Origin: a virus
DNA length: 64,000 nucleotides
Reading direction: 5' to 3' (one strand)
IMG/VR virus record: IMGVR_UViG_3300010354_015978
Coordinates: 46,676 to 110,675 of that record
Shown here in pieces: positions 46,387-55,109 of this stretch (its first letter is position 1; the number at the start of each line of letters is the position of its first letter). The notes below the pieces were generated by a model, which worked only from the letters and a program-made list of their open reading frames with translations, was not told the DNA's origin and did no database searches. The translations under genes were made by a program, and so were the position numbers.

Positions 46387-46521
46387 TCAATCTTTCGCAA
46401 TACGATGCCGGGGCTCTGAGAACAGTTTGAATTGCGGCAGCAACACAAAGCTCAACAAAAAAACAGCGCCCAACAACATCAGTATGGGGGTCAGCAGTAA
46501 TTTCGCTACAAAATTTTTCAA
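46387..46521 (-). CDS. small membrane protein (TTG start)
   Basis: hydrophobic LLLTPILMLLGAVFLLSFVLL; TTGA coupling. Confidence 0.5.
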   Translation of the reverse strand: MKNFVAKLLLTPILMLLGAVFLLSFVLLPQFKLFSEPRHRIAKD

Positions 46522-46727
46522 GTATTGAAGTACCATATGATCCCGAAAAGCATCATGAATGCACAGGTCACGGCCAGCTCGCCCAACAACGATATGCGTT
46601 GTTTTTGTTGTGGACATCCGCCCTGCTGGTAATCGCAGAACTGTATGGGTCGGCCTAGATCGTCTAATTGACGATTACATCCTTCCACTGGACATCGATC
46701 CGGGGTTGATTTTGTTCTCTGGAACAT
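46518..46727 (-). CDS. small Cys-rich membrane-anchored protein
   Basis: CPVEGC...CDYQQGGCP plus C-terminal TM. Confidence 0.6.
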   Translation of the reverse strand: MFQRTKSTPDRCPVEGCNRQLDDLGRPIQFCDYQQGGCPQQKQRISLLGELAVTCAFMMLFGIIWYFNT

Positions 46728-46728
46728 G

Positions 46729-46893
46729 TCAGGCCACAATGTTATATTGTTCGCGCAGGATTTTTTTGTAGGGCTTGCCTTCTTCTATGAGCCGGCAAAC
46801 TAACTTGAGTCGGTCGGCCAATTCAGCCTCGTTGGTCATTTCCAGTTTGACTACAATGGTGCGAAGTTCGTCTAGTGTGATGGGAAGATCCAT
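46729..46893 (-). CDS. 54-aa hypothetical protein MDLPITLDEL... (not in ORF track)
   Basis: AGGA RBS; fills the gap after folE. Confidence 0.6.
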   Translation of the reverse strand: MDLPITLDELRTIVVKLEMTNEAELADRLKLVCRLIEEGKPYKKILREQYNIVA

Positions 46894-46909
46894 GTCAAGT
46901 TCCTATGTG

Positions 46910-47677
46910 TTACTGGTGGCCCTTCATGCTCAAGCAGATGTCGTAGAACTCTTGCTTGAGTGCGGGATCTGTGGCAAAAGCGCCCAGCATGATGGCAGTG
47001 GTCATGTCAGACTCATGCTCGCGAACACCGCGCTGTGTCATGCAGTGGTGCTCGGCCTTGACCACCACAGCGATGTGCTGGGTCTTGGCGTACTTTTTCA
47101 AGGCTTCTGCAATCTGTGTGGTCATTTCTTCCTGGATCTGTGGACGCTCGCAGATGTGATGCACCAAGCGATTGAACTTGCTGAGACCAATCACCTCATC
47201 TTCGGGCACTATGCCCACCCAGCATCGACCCACGATGTTCTGGAAGTGATGCGCACAGGTACTGCGTATGCTGATAGGACCCGTGGTATACAGACTCTTG
47301 TAACCCATGTTGGGGAACGCAGTGACCTTGGGCACAGGACGATAGCGCCCCGAGAAAGTTTCTTTCACAAACATCTTGGCCACGCGACGCGCGGTATCTC
47401 GGGTGTTGTGGTCATTGTCGGTGTCGATCACCAGGCTGTCCAATACACCCTTGAATTTGTCTGCTACCTCTTCTACTAGGGCATCGATCTCACCTTCCTT
47501 GATGAAATCGCTGATGTTGTCATTGGCATGGAAGCGAGCATTGCCTTGATTAACAATGCGCTCGCGGATGACCTGGCTCAAAGGACGGCCATCGGGGCTG
47601 ACCAAGGCAATGGGCGCGGTGTCGAATTCTTCATCGAATTCGTCCAAAAACTTGTAGTCTAGATTTTTCTCTGTCAT
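46910..47677 (-). CDS. folE: GTP cyclohydrolase I
   Basis: TARRVAKM; STCAHH; GLSK; RPQIQE; HHCMTQRG. Confidence 0.96.
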   Translation of the reverse strand: MTEKNLDYKFLDEFDEEFDTAPIALVSPDGRPLSQVIRERIVNQGNARFHANDNISDFIKEGEIDALVEEVADKFKGVLDSLVIDTDNDHNTRDTARRVAKMFVKETFSGRYRPVPKVTAFPNMGYKSLYTTGPISIRSTCAHHFQNIVGRCWVGIVPEDEVIGLSKFNRLVHHICERPQIQEEMTTQIAEALKKYAKTQHIAVVVKAEHHCMTQRGVREHESDMTTAIMLGAFATDPALKQEFYDICLSMKGHQ

Positions 47678-47742
47678 TGATATCTCCGAGTTATGGGTGG
47701 TGGATCACCATGAGTGTATTATAAGATCTATTTAGGTCGCTG

Positions 47743-48339
47743 TCAAGGCACAACTGTGAACTGTCGTAGATCTGGGTAGGTAACATTCTGGACTTCGTAT
47801 GGTTTTTTGGTCCGCAGCAAATCTAGGCCACGCACACAATCTTCCAGAGTGGGGCAGTAGTGAAAGCCTTGTGGATAGATCTGCTGCTTGGTCCAAGGCG
47901 AAAATCTCAAGTCTCGCCCATCACTGCGCATCTGGCTTAAACGAGCATAGGCATCAGCGTCGTCCAGCAGTATGGCACCAACCTTGCCGATATGCAGGGG
48001 TTTGGTGTTGCCGAAACTCAAGCATTGCACCTGACCAGGTTTGTACATGCCGGGAGTTAGACAGCGTGCCGAATCCCAGATGTTGGTACCATGAAATCGA
48101 TACTGTCCTTGCCAGGGCTCGTCCAACAATAGATACTTGACGCCCAACAGTTCCATGGTCTGCACCACGCTGAGATAGGTGAAGGCAGTGAACTCACATC
48201 TGCGGACTTTGTAGTATCGGAAAGCCAGCTCAATGGCATGAGTGCAACCATCTGTCAAGACCACATATGGTGCACATGTATATGCCGACAGCGCGGATTC
48301 AAACTCAAACAGCCGATCAAAGGTCACAGCGAATACCAC
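47743..48339 (-). CDS. short DegT/DnrJ-family PLP aminotransferase-like protein
   Basis: DGCTHAIEL; WDSA; SFGNTKPL; G+VGAI. Confidence 0.8.
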   Translation of the reverse strand: MVFAVTFDRLFEFESALSAYTCAPYVVLTDGCTHAIELAFRYYKVRRCEFTAFTYLSVVQTMELLGVKYLLLDEPWQGQYRFHGTNIWDSARCLTPGMYKPGQVQCLSFGNTKPLHIGKVGAILLDDADAYARLSQMRSDGRDLRFSPWTKQQIYPQGFHYCPTLEDCVRGLDLLRTKKPYEVQNVTYPDLRQFTVVP

Positions 48340-49274
48340 TTCCAGGCAGTTTCAATGATGTCCTTGAGCGTGTGTTCTGGCTGCCATCCCGCGGCCAGTC
48401 GGAACTTGTCGCTGTTGGCAGTGAGCATGGCAGGATCACCCGGGCGCCGCGGACCATCGCTGACCACGGGGTTCCTGCCCAGCACTTCGCTCACAGCAGC
48501 AATGATCTCGCGATTGCTGACGCCTCGATCACTGCCGAGATTGTACACGCCACTCTCCACCTTGCTGTCCAAGGCCATGACATGTGCTTCAGCGATATCA
48601 GCTACGTGCAGGTAATCTCTCACGCAGGTACCGTCTGCAGTATCATAGTCGGTGCCCATGAGCCTGAATTCTTTATTGTCGCGCAGGCTTTCCAGCAATC
48701 GAGCAATGATGTGCGAGGCTCCGGGATATTGGCCGTGTCGCTGCATGGGGTCAGCGCCGCAGGCATTGAAGTAGCGGAACGCCACGTATTTCAGGCCATA
48801 GGCCCGGCGGTAACTTTCCATCATCCACTCGATCATGCGCTTGCTTTCGCCATAGGGTGAGATTGGTTCCGCGGGGTCAATCTCCTGCACCGGTACCATG
48901 ATGGGTTCACCATACACCGCGGCGCTGCTGCTGAAGATCACGCGGGCTCCTTCGGCCACCGCACGGCCTTCCAGCAGCGACATGGTCTTGACAAAGTTGT
49001 TGTAGTAGTAGGTGCTGGGATCTACCATGCTGGGACCTACCAGACTGGTACCGCCGCAGTGGATGATTGCATCACATTGACTGCTGTGCATGGTGCTCAA
49101 GGAGTTTGGATCGGCAAAATCCTGCATGTAAAAATCATCAAAGAATGCCGACAACCGTGTGGGCACCGGGCGCAGGTCAAACCCTATGACTCGATGTCCG
49201 TGTTGTTTGAGATGGATCGCGGTCTGACCGCCGATGTATCCTGTGGCGCCGGTCACTACTACTGTTTTTGTCAT
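48324..49274 (-). CDS. galE: UDP-glucose 4-epimerase
   Basis: TGATGYIG; FSSSAAVYG; YGESK; RYFNACG; DGTCVRDYLHV. Confidence 0.93.
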   Translation of the reverse strand: MTKTVVVTGATGYIGGQTAIHLKQHGHRVIGFDLRPVPTRLSAFFDDFYMQDFADPNSLSTMHSSQCDAIIHCGGTSLVGPSMVDPSTYYYNNFVKTMSLLEGRAVAEGARVIFSSSAAVYGEPIMVPVQEIDPAEPISPYGESKRMIEWMMESYRRAYGLKYVAFRYFNACGADPMQRHGQYPGASHIIARLLESLRDNKEFRLMGTDYDTADGTCVRDYLHVADIAEAHVMALDSKVESGVYNLGSDRGVSNREIIAAVSEVLGRNPVVSDGPRRPGDPAMLTANSDKFRLAAGWQPEHTLKDIIETAWKWYSL

Positions 49275-50467
49275 TGTGGATCCTTGTTTAGTTGATATTT
49301 GGCGGCGGGCACATGATCACGATAGCGATTGCCACTGCGATTCCACTGCTCGCCTTGACCAGTGATGATGTCTACGATGCGATCCACGGTACCATTGTTC
49401 CAATCTGAAATCAGACCCATGTTGTGATGCGGCTCGCTCAGCAGACGAGTGAGTTTACCTTTTGCGTCGTCTTGGCTCCAGGGTACATACATGCGCTCGG
49501 GGTCGTTGGCAAAGGTCTCGGGGAAACTGCGATATGCGGGATACAGCACATTGCAGCCTAGAGTGTCGGCTTCGCTCACGGTGTTGGAAACCCAGTCCTG
49601 CAAGGCGCAGTTGAACAGCACTCGTGTGTCATTCAACAGCTCGTAGTATTGATTCTTGGAGAGGTTTTCGTAGATTTCCAATTTGCCTTGGGCAGCCAAA
49701 CGCCGCGCACGTTCCACGTATTCAGGATTGTTGCTGCGTAGTGGGCCGCCTGAGAACACCGCAAACTTGGTGGCAGAGAACTCTTGATAGGCTTCAGCAA
49801 GATCCATGAAGAAGCCTGGCTGTTTTTCTTGATCGAATCGCGCTGCAAAGCCCACTCTGCGTGTGCGATCAAAGAAGTTGCGGATGTTGCCCGCACCGCC
49901 AATGCGTTCCAGCACTTCTTGCTTGCCAAACGCCAGACCGCTTATATTATAGATAGGAGCAGTCCAGCCAGCAATGCGCATATGAGCAACCATCTCCTCG
50001 TTTGTGGCCAAGACAGCGGTCGCGAAGTGGTTAACCATCTTTTCATATGTCGACATCCAGCCTGCCATGCCCCAGACATGTACAAAATCGTCAGGGTCGA
50101 TAGCCTGAGCCAGGCAACGAACAAAGATGCGAGGGCGCTGTGCCACAGGAACTTGATCCAGAATGTATGGGAGGCTTTCGATTCCGGGTTGGAACATGTC
50201 TTCGAAGTAGATAACGTCTTCACTGGTGACTTCTCCGTTGCGCATTAACTGTACCAGATTCATCATCTGGCTCATGCTGAAATAACTGCGTCCATGCGCA
50301 TCCAGTACCTGACCCACCGAGATGCTCTTGGTGTTGTCAATTACTGAACCTGGGACATACACTACATCCAGGCCGCGGCGCTCAAACACCCGACGGTTCC
50401 ACTCGGTGAGCTGTAGCGTGTATCTGGCCTCGTAACTTTCAAGGCCCATGTAAAATAATTTTCGCAT
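49271..50467 (-). CDS. GT-B glycosyltransferase (start MRKLFYMG)
   Basis: FAARFDQEKQP; ALQDWVSNTVSEA; YPAYRSFPE. Confidence 0.75.
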   Translation of the reverse strand: MRKLFYMGLESYEARYTLQLTEWNRRVFERRGLDVVYVPGSVIDNTKSISVGQVLDAHGRSYFSMSQMMNLVQLMRNGEVTSEDVIYFEDMFQPGIESLPYILDQVPVAQRPRIFVRCLAQAIDPDDFVHVWGMAGWMSTYEKMVNHFATAVLATNEEMVAHMRIAGWTAPIYNISGLAFGKQEVLERIGGAGNIRNFFDRTRRVGFAARFDQEKQPGFFMDLAEAYQEFSATKFAVFSGGPLRSNNPEYVERARRLAAQGKLEIYENLSKNQYYELLNDTRVLFNCALQDWVSNTVSEADTLGCNVLYPAYRSFPETFANDPERMYVPWSQDDAKGKLTRLLSEPHHNMGLISDWNNGTVDRIVDIITGQGEQWNRSGNRYRDHVPAAKYQLNKDPQ

Positions 50468-50477
50468 GTCAGGCTCT

Positions 50478-50696
50478 TTAGCGGCCAAATGCACGTCGGC
50501 TGTCCTGGAACCACATGTCCTTGGCAGGCTTACCTGACATAAACTTGTTAAACTGTTGGAAAGCATAACTCTTCCAGTTGTAGAGGTCTGCTTCGTTATA
50601 GCGATAGCCAAAGTCACGACAGAAGTCACGGAAGGCTTCCAAGTCGTCAAAGATAGCCTGCACTTTGGGATTGGATTTCACTGCGGGTCTTGACAT
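50478..50696 (-). CDS. hypothetical protein
   Basis: 72 aa; operon packing. Confidence 0.7.
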   Translation of the reverse strand: MSRPAVKSNPKVQAIFDDLEAFRDFCRDFGYRYNEADLYNWKSYAFQQFNKFMSGKPAKDMWFQDSRRAFGR

Positions 50697-50705
50697 TTTA
50701 GTCTC

Positions 50706-51152
50706 TTAGATTTTCAGTTGTTGTGTGGGTTGGTGAGTTTCGTAAGTAATCAAGCATCCGTTCTCACCATCTTCGGATACTTCGATCCAGACCGCACGGC
50801 CGGGATATCTATCACTGATACAGGTATATAGGTCATCTGCAATCATCTCGCAGGATTTGTGATCCAAGGACAGCACACCGCTGCCATAGAGGTTCAGCAA
50901 CCAGCGCTTGAATTGGATAAACTCGATGTCGCGATCATTGTGGAACACTTCGATGCTGACGCGGAAGTGGAATATATGTCGATGCGGGTGACCTAGGAAA
51001 CTAACATCGTATTCGTCTCCCGTGGCCAACTGGGGATCGGTGGCCGCAGCGGGATAACAATGGATACCTTCGCGGGTGAACGTGACCCAGATCTTGCGTC
51101 CTGCCGCGCGCCGGATGCGTTCCACGGTTTCTCTCTGTTCTTGATTCATCAT
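50706..51152 (-). CDS. QueD-paralogous T-fold protein, DpdL-like (putative CDG decarboxylase)
   Basis: LGHPHRHIF matches the LxxxHRHxF signature recalled for DpdL; SCE; EDGENG. Confidence 0.7.
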   Translation of the reverse strand: MMNQEQRETVERIRRAAGRKIWVTFTREGIHCYPAAATDPQLATGDEYDVSFLGHPHRHIFHFRVSIEVFHNDRDIEFIQFKRWLLNLYGSGVLSLDHKSCEMIADDLYTCISDRYPGRAVWIEVSEDGENGCLITYETHQPTQQLKI

Positions 51153-51661
51153 GTCAACACTTCGTCCTTGTCATAATGGTGCCAGGGTGTAAACTTGTCT
51201 ACTGACATGAGATCATGCAGTCGATGGCACCAGACCCCGGGATTGGTGCTGTCAAAGTCACGGTCATCGATCTTGACCATGGTGTTGTAATTCCATAATT
51301 TTATGAAAGGTACAGCAACGCGAATCTGTGGTATGAAATTGTTGTATTCGCACAGTCCACCATCATGGAATTCTTCCAGGGCCGTGGTGGGAATATCCAA
51401 GGTGCATAACAGTCCACGCGCTAGGAAGTGCTTGATCATGGCCTCCCATGTTTCGTAGTCCTCAGCATCGGCGGGCTGGAAACTGTGATTGGCACCAAAG
51501 AACAGGTGCCGGATGCGCACATCGGATCTTGACAGTTCATATTCAATGTCTTCAATTTTCTGCACACCCACCACAAACAGAGTGGGCATGTCGTAGGCGG
51601 GAGTACGTTCTACTTCGCGCCCAAAAAAGAAGTTGACATCATCAAAGCCTGGTCGGTTCAT
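51149..51661 (-). CDS. hypothetical protein within the deazaguanine locus
   Basis: G.EVERTP...TLFVVG; HLFFGANHSF; TNPGVWCH. Confidence 0.75.
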   Translation of the reverse strand: MNRPGFDDVNFFFGREVERTPAYDMPTLFVVGVQKIEDIEYELSRSDVRIRHLFFGANHSFQPADAEDYETWEAMIKHFLARGLLCTLDIPTTALEEFHDGGLCEYNNFIPQIRVAVPFIKLWNYNTMVKIDDRDFDSTNPGVWCHRLHDLMSVDKFTPWHHYDKDEVLT

Positions 51662-51867
51662 CGTTCATCATCCATGTCTAGGGTTTCGTGATCATGTTCC
51701 CATTGCTGACGTTGCAACTTTTGTATCTGATCCTTGAGGGACAGACGCTGCTTCTTTAGAGTTTGCATGTCGGCATCATTGAACACTCCGGTTCGTTCCA
51801 AAGTATCAATGCGTTTGTCCAACACACGATGCATTTCTTCAAGGTGGGCTATCCTCGTTTGGTACAT
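51658..51867 (-). CDS. DUF465/YdcH-like coiled-coil protein
   Basis: HRVLDKRI...LKKQRLSLKDQI. Confidence 0.75.
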   Translation of the reverse strand: MYQTRIAHLEEMHRVLDKRIDTLERTGVFNDADMQTLKKQRLSLKDQIQKLQRQQWEHDHETLDMDDER

Positions 51868-53389
51868 CTAGACTATCCTCCAATTGGTCCAATTTCCCTT
51901 GATCAAGATCATCCTGATCCGCTTCCACTTCTTCAACATCAAATAGTGAGTTGAACATGGTGTGCGCATTGACAGCACGTTTGCCAGTAAAGCCGCGCGT
52001 GCCAACAACACGTTCCCACACTTTAGCATGATCATCGATAATGCTCAAGCTCTTTTGGCGATCCCCGGCAGCAAACACGCGATCAATGACCCGGCGCACG
52101 TCAAAGTCGCTGTTGGTGGGATGCACCATCATGTCGGGGCAAATGCCTTGATCATAAAGCCTATTGGCCCTCTGCACTGCCTCGATGTGCATCCAAACGT
52201 TGTGTCCCATGAGCAAGGCATAACTGAAACTGTCCCAGGATGTTCGGCCTTCCTTGCCGATCTTGTTGAGCATACCGGGTTGATACACGCACACATCGGA
52301 AATCTTGAGCCTGCTGCTGATAGGACTGTCTTCAAACGTGGCATGGATGCCGTCCTGCGTGACAGCATCTCGGAACAGGCGATTGTCTGTGGCGTATTTT
52401 TTATTGTCCACAGTGGGCGACATCTTGTAACTCCACTTGTCGCGATTGTCTGTGGCTATGGTATGATACAGTTGTCCGTTGGCAATGGCCAAGAAGGGTG
52501 ATGCGCAGTCAAACGATATCGTGAACTTGGGATTGGCGTAGCGACGCACTGCGCGTTGGATGTCAGTGAGCAACACCGCCCATTCCAACTTGGAGGTACC
52601 CAAGAAGTGCATCCAGTCATGCAGGCCTTCTTGTAGCAATCCGTCATGGATGAGATGCACCAGGCGTTTCAGCACCAGATGCACATCGCACATGTTCTGA
52701 CCACCCATGGCCCAACCTTCAAATGGTCGCTGGTGCTTGGCAGGATCTGAATAGTCTTTCATGAGACTGTACCAGTGGTCAGCCTCGGCGTGGTTGCCGC
52801 CCTGCAGCACGTTCAAGGTCTTGGTCGTGCCATAGCGATTGGCCATCCAAAAGTCATTGTTGAACTTGGTGGCGTTGACTGCATCTTCGTAACTGGAGAT
52901 TCCGGCCAAGGCAGCCCACTCAGGATTACGATAGGTCCACGTGGGTATGTCCATGGTCATACCGTACGTGGCTATGCCCATCTGCCATTTCAGCACTTCT
53001 TCGCGTTTGAGCTGTGCAGCCCGGTCCGTGGGATCGGCCCAACGTCCCGGCCACACGCCCTTGGCAATCTGGAATCCGCCCGAATCTGCCAGCATGATGG
53101 TGCCGGGATCGCGGTTGCGAATCATGTCCTCTTTGGGATGATGCTTGGTTAAATCTAGATTGGCATGCCCCGCCGAGTACAGGCTCCATCGATATGGGAA
53201 CAAGGCCTGTTGTGGATTCAGCCAGTTCAACTGCTCCATGTCAGTGATGCCCTGGGGCATCCTGGCATCTTCCACATACTTGCCAAATCGTTGCTTGCCG
53301 ATGTAGGTGGCATAGAATCCACTTATGGCCGGCAGGAACACAGCATAGTCATGCTGCTTGGCAGTTAGATTGTCTTGTTCTATTGTCAC
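51839..53389 (-). CDS. dpdA: TGT-fold DpdA-like deazaguanine transglycosylase (GTG start)
   Basis: DSGGFQ; MTMDIP; NVLQG; GWAMGG; HFLG; SFDCASP; HN. Confidence 0.8.
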   Translation of the reverse strand: MTIEQDNLTAKQHDYAVFLPAISGFYATYIGKQRFGKYVEDARMPQGITDMEQLNWLNPQQALFPYRWSLYSAGHANLDLTKHHPKEDMIRNRDPGTIMLADSGGFQIAKGVWPGRWADPTDRAAQLKREEVLKWQMGIATYGMTMDIPTWTYRNPEWAALAGISSYEDAVNATKFNNDFWMANRYGTTKTLNVLQGGNHAEADHWYSLMKDYSDPAKHQRPFEGWAMGGQNMCDVHLVLKRLVHLIHDGLLQEGLHDWMHFLGTSKLEWAVLLTDIQRAVRRYANPKFTISFDCASPFLAIANGQLYHTIATDNRDKWSYKMSPTVDNKKYATDNRLFRDAVTQDGIHATFEDSPISSRLKISDVCVYQPGMLNKIGKEGRTSWDSFSYALLMGHNVWMHIEAVQRANRLYDQGICPDMMVHPTNSDFDVRRVIDRVFAAGDRQKSLSIIDDHAKVWERVVGTRGFTGKRAVNAHTMFNSLFDVEEVEADQDDLDQGKLDQLEDSLDVPNEDSPP

Positions 53390-53399
53390 GTGATGCCGA

Positions 53400-54131
53400 T
53401 CACTTGCTCTGCGCAGGCAGAATGTAGCGATACTGTGCGATACCAGAGTCAACCACGATCTCAGCAGCGCCTTCGTCTGAGATTTTGATGGTCTTGTCGC
53501 CCACAAGATCCAAGATCGAGATCACGGTCTTGACCGGCCATGCCCATGCTCGTTTGAGCGTGCCATTGACATCGGCCTGGAACACAAACTCACCGGCGTG
53601 TGTGCTGTGATCGCCAAAGAAGAACTTGAGATCCTTGCCTTCGGTCTTGGCTTGGAAGTTGGCTTCTTCGCTGTTGGCCTGGGCCTGCATCTTGAGTCTC
53701 TGGATGCCGGCCACAGTGGGTTCAAATTCGATGTTCCAAGATACACCACGGAACTTGGCTGTCTTGAGCTGCTCGTTGATGATCTCACTGGTCATGAATC
53801 TGTAGTCGTTCTTGAAGTCACCAGCAGCGTTTTTGAAATGCAAGCCCACGGGAGTGTCTGTGCCGTTGCGATTCTGGCGAGTCACAGTGATCACTGCGTT
53901 CTCGCGATACTCCTGCAGATTCAGCAGGATCTTGAGTTTGGCCAAGTTGGGCATGCCAAACGTGCCAATGAAGTCGGCCACAGGCGCATGAAACTTGCCC
54001 TGCACCACCACGCTGCGGTCGCTGGCCAAGCCATCGATCACGGTGTCTTTGTCGGTGCCGGTGATTTTGATCAAGTCAATGCAGCCAAGATCAAACGTGT
54101 GTGAAACTAGGTCTAGTAAATGGTCTCTCAT
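53400..54131 (-). CDS. putative sliding clamp (gp45/PCNA-like)
   Basis: 243 aa beta-rich; ends YRYILPAQ; near the polymerase. Inference from size and context. Confidence 0.55.
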   Translation of the reverse strand: MRDHLLDLVSHTFDLGCIDLIKITGTDKDTVIDGLASDRSVVVQGKFHAPVADFIGTFGMPNLAKLKILLNLQEYRENAVITVTRQNRNGTDTPVGLHFKNAAGDFKNDYRFMTSEIINEQLKTAKFRGVSWNIEFEPTVAGIQRLKMQAQANSEEANFQAKTEGKDLKFFFGDHSTHAGEFVFQADVNGTLKRAWAWPVKTVISILDLVGDKTIKISDEGAAEIVVDSGIAQYRYILPAQSK

Positions 54132-54155
54132 GATATCTCCTTGGATCGTTATATT

Positions 54156-55109
54156 TTACGCGATAGGTCGGTTAGTGTCAACGACTTTTGCAAGACTCTG
54201 ACCGCCGCGTAGGCTGACTCTATGCCCGGGCTTGTGAAATTCCAACCATGTGTTGGCAGCATCAAGATGCTGGCTGAGTCCGTGCTGGAATCCGGTTCCT
54301 TCAGCAGCAGCAATTATCATGGATGCCGGTGTGTAGCACATGAACGCACGTTCTACCATGACCACACCACCGCTGCGATCGCAGTCGTTGATGCTCATGT
54401 GCAGCGTGGCTCCGGGTTCCATGAAACGATACAGTTCCGCAAGATAGGTACGTATCAGCTCAATAGGCTTGTAGTGAAAAAAGTTGTAGGCCAGGCAATA
54501 GCCAATCTGGCCTTCGGGCAGACCCAGTTGGATACGGGCTTCAGGAAACTCTTTGACCATGTAGGGGCGTAATCTTGATTGGTATTTAGGGTTGAACCTG
54601 GTGATGCAGGGATTCAGGAGTTCGTAGTTTTCGTCCACGAGGTACAAAGGATCCAATCCCACCAACTTGGAGGTCCACTCCTCAAGTCCCGGTCTGATAA
54701 TCAAGCCAGACCGCTGCCAGTCACTGAAGCGAAGGATGCGTCCCAACACAAAGTCATGCATTTCTTCGGTCAAGGTGGGGCGGCGATGCAGGATGATGGG
54801 CACAGGATCACGCCGCATTTCGTCCTCGTAGAGACTGTAACTATCTGAAAGGTATTTTGGCCTTGTTTCCGCAATCAAGGTATCGATATGATTGCGCAGA
54901 GCAGTGACACCGGTGTCAAAAGTTATGAGTTCGCCAAAGATCCTGTCATAACTCAGTCTAAGATTACCTATGAGATCCGGCGCTTGTATCGCATTGGTGT
55001 GCAAGAAGTGCATGAAAGGATCCAGAAGTTTACGAAAGCGATCGTCGATCTGCATGGGACGTTGTTCATCCAACTGTTCGCGGAGGTATAGTAGATTGCT
55101 GAGTTTCAT
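54156..55109 (-). CDS. methyltransferase-like protein with N-terminal coiled coil
   Basis: degenerate class I motifs (LIIRPG; LPEGQIG; YRFMEPGA). Confidence 0.55.
   Translation of the reverse strand: MKLSNLLYLREQLDEQRPMQIDDRFRKLLDPFMHFLHTNAIQAPDLIGNLRLSYDRIFGELITFDTGVTALRNHIDTLIAETRPKYLSDSYSLYEDEMRRDPVPIILHRRPTLTEEMHDFVLGRILRFSDWQRSGLIIRPGLEEWTSKLVGLDPLYLVDENYELLNPCITRFNPKYQSRLRPYMVKEFPEARIQLGLPEGQIGYCLAYNFFHYKPIELIRTYLAELYRFMEPGATLHMSINDCDRSGGVVMVERAFMCYTPASMIIAAAEGTGFQHGLSQHLDAANTWLEFHKPGHRVSLRGGQSLAKVVDTNRPIA

Noticed and set aside
47678-47740. THF-II (folE) riboswitch upstream of folE
   Set aside because: Only a weak TGGTG/CACCA hairpin and AACTCGGAG. This is not enough to call.
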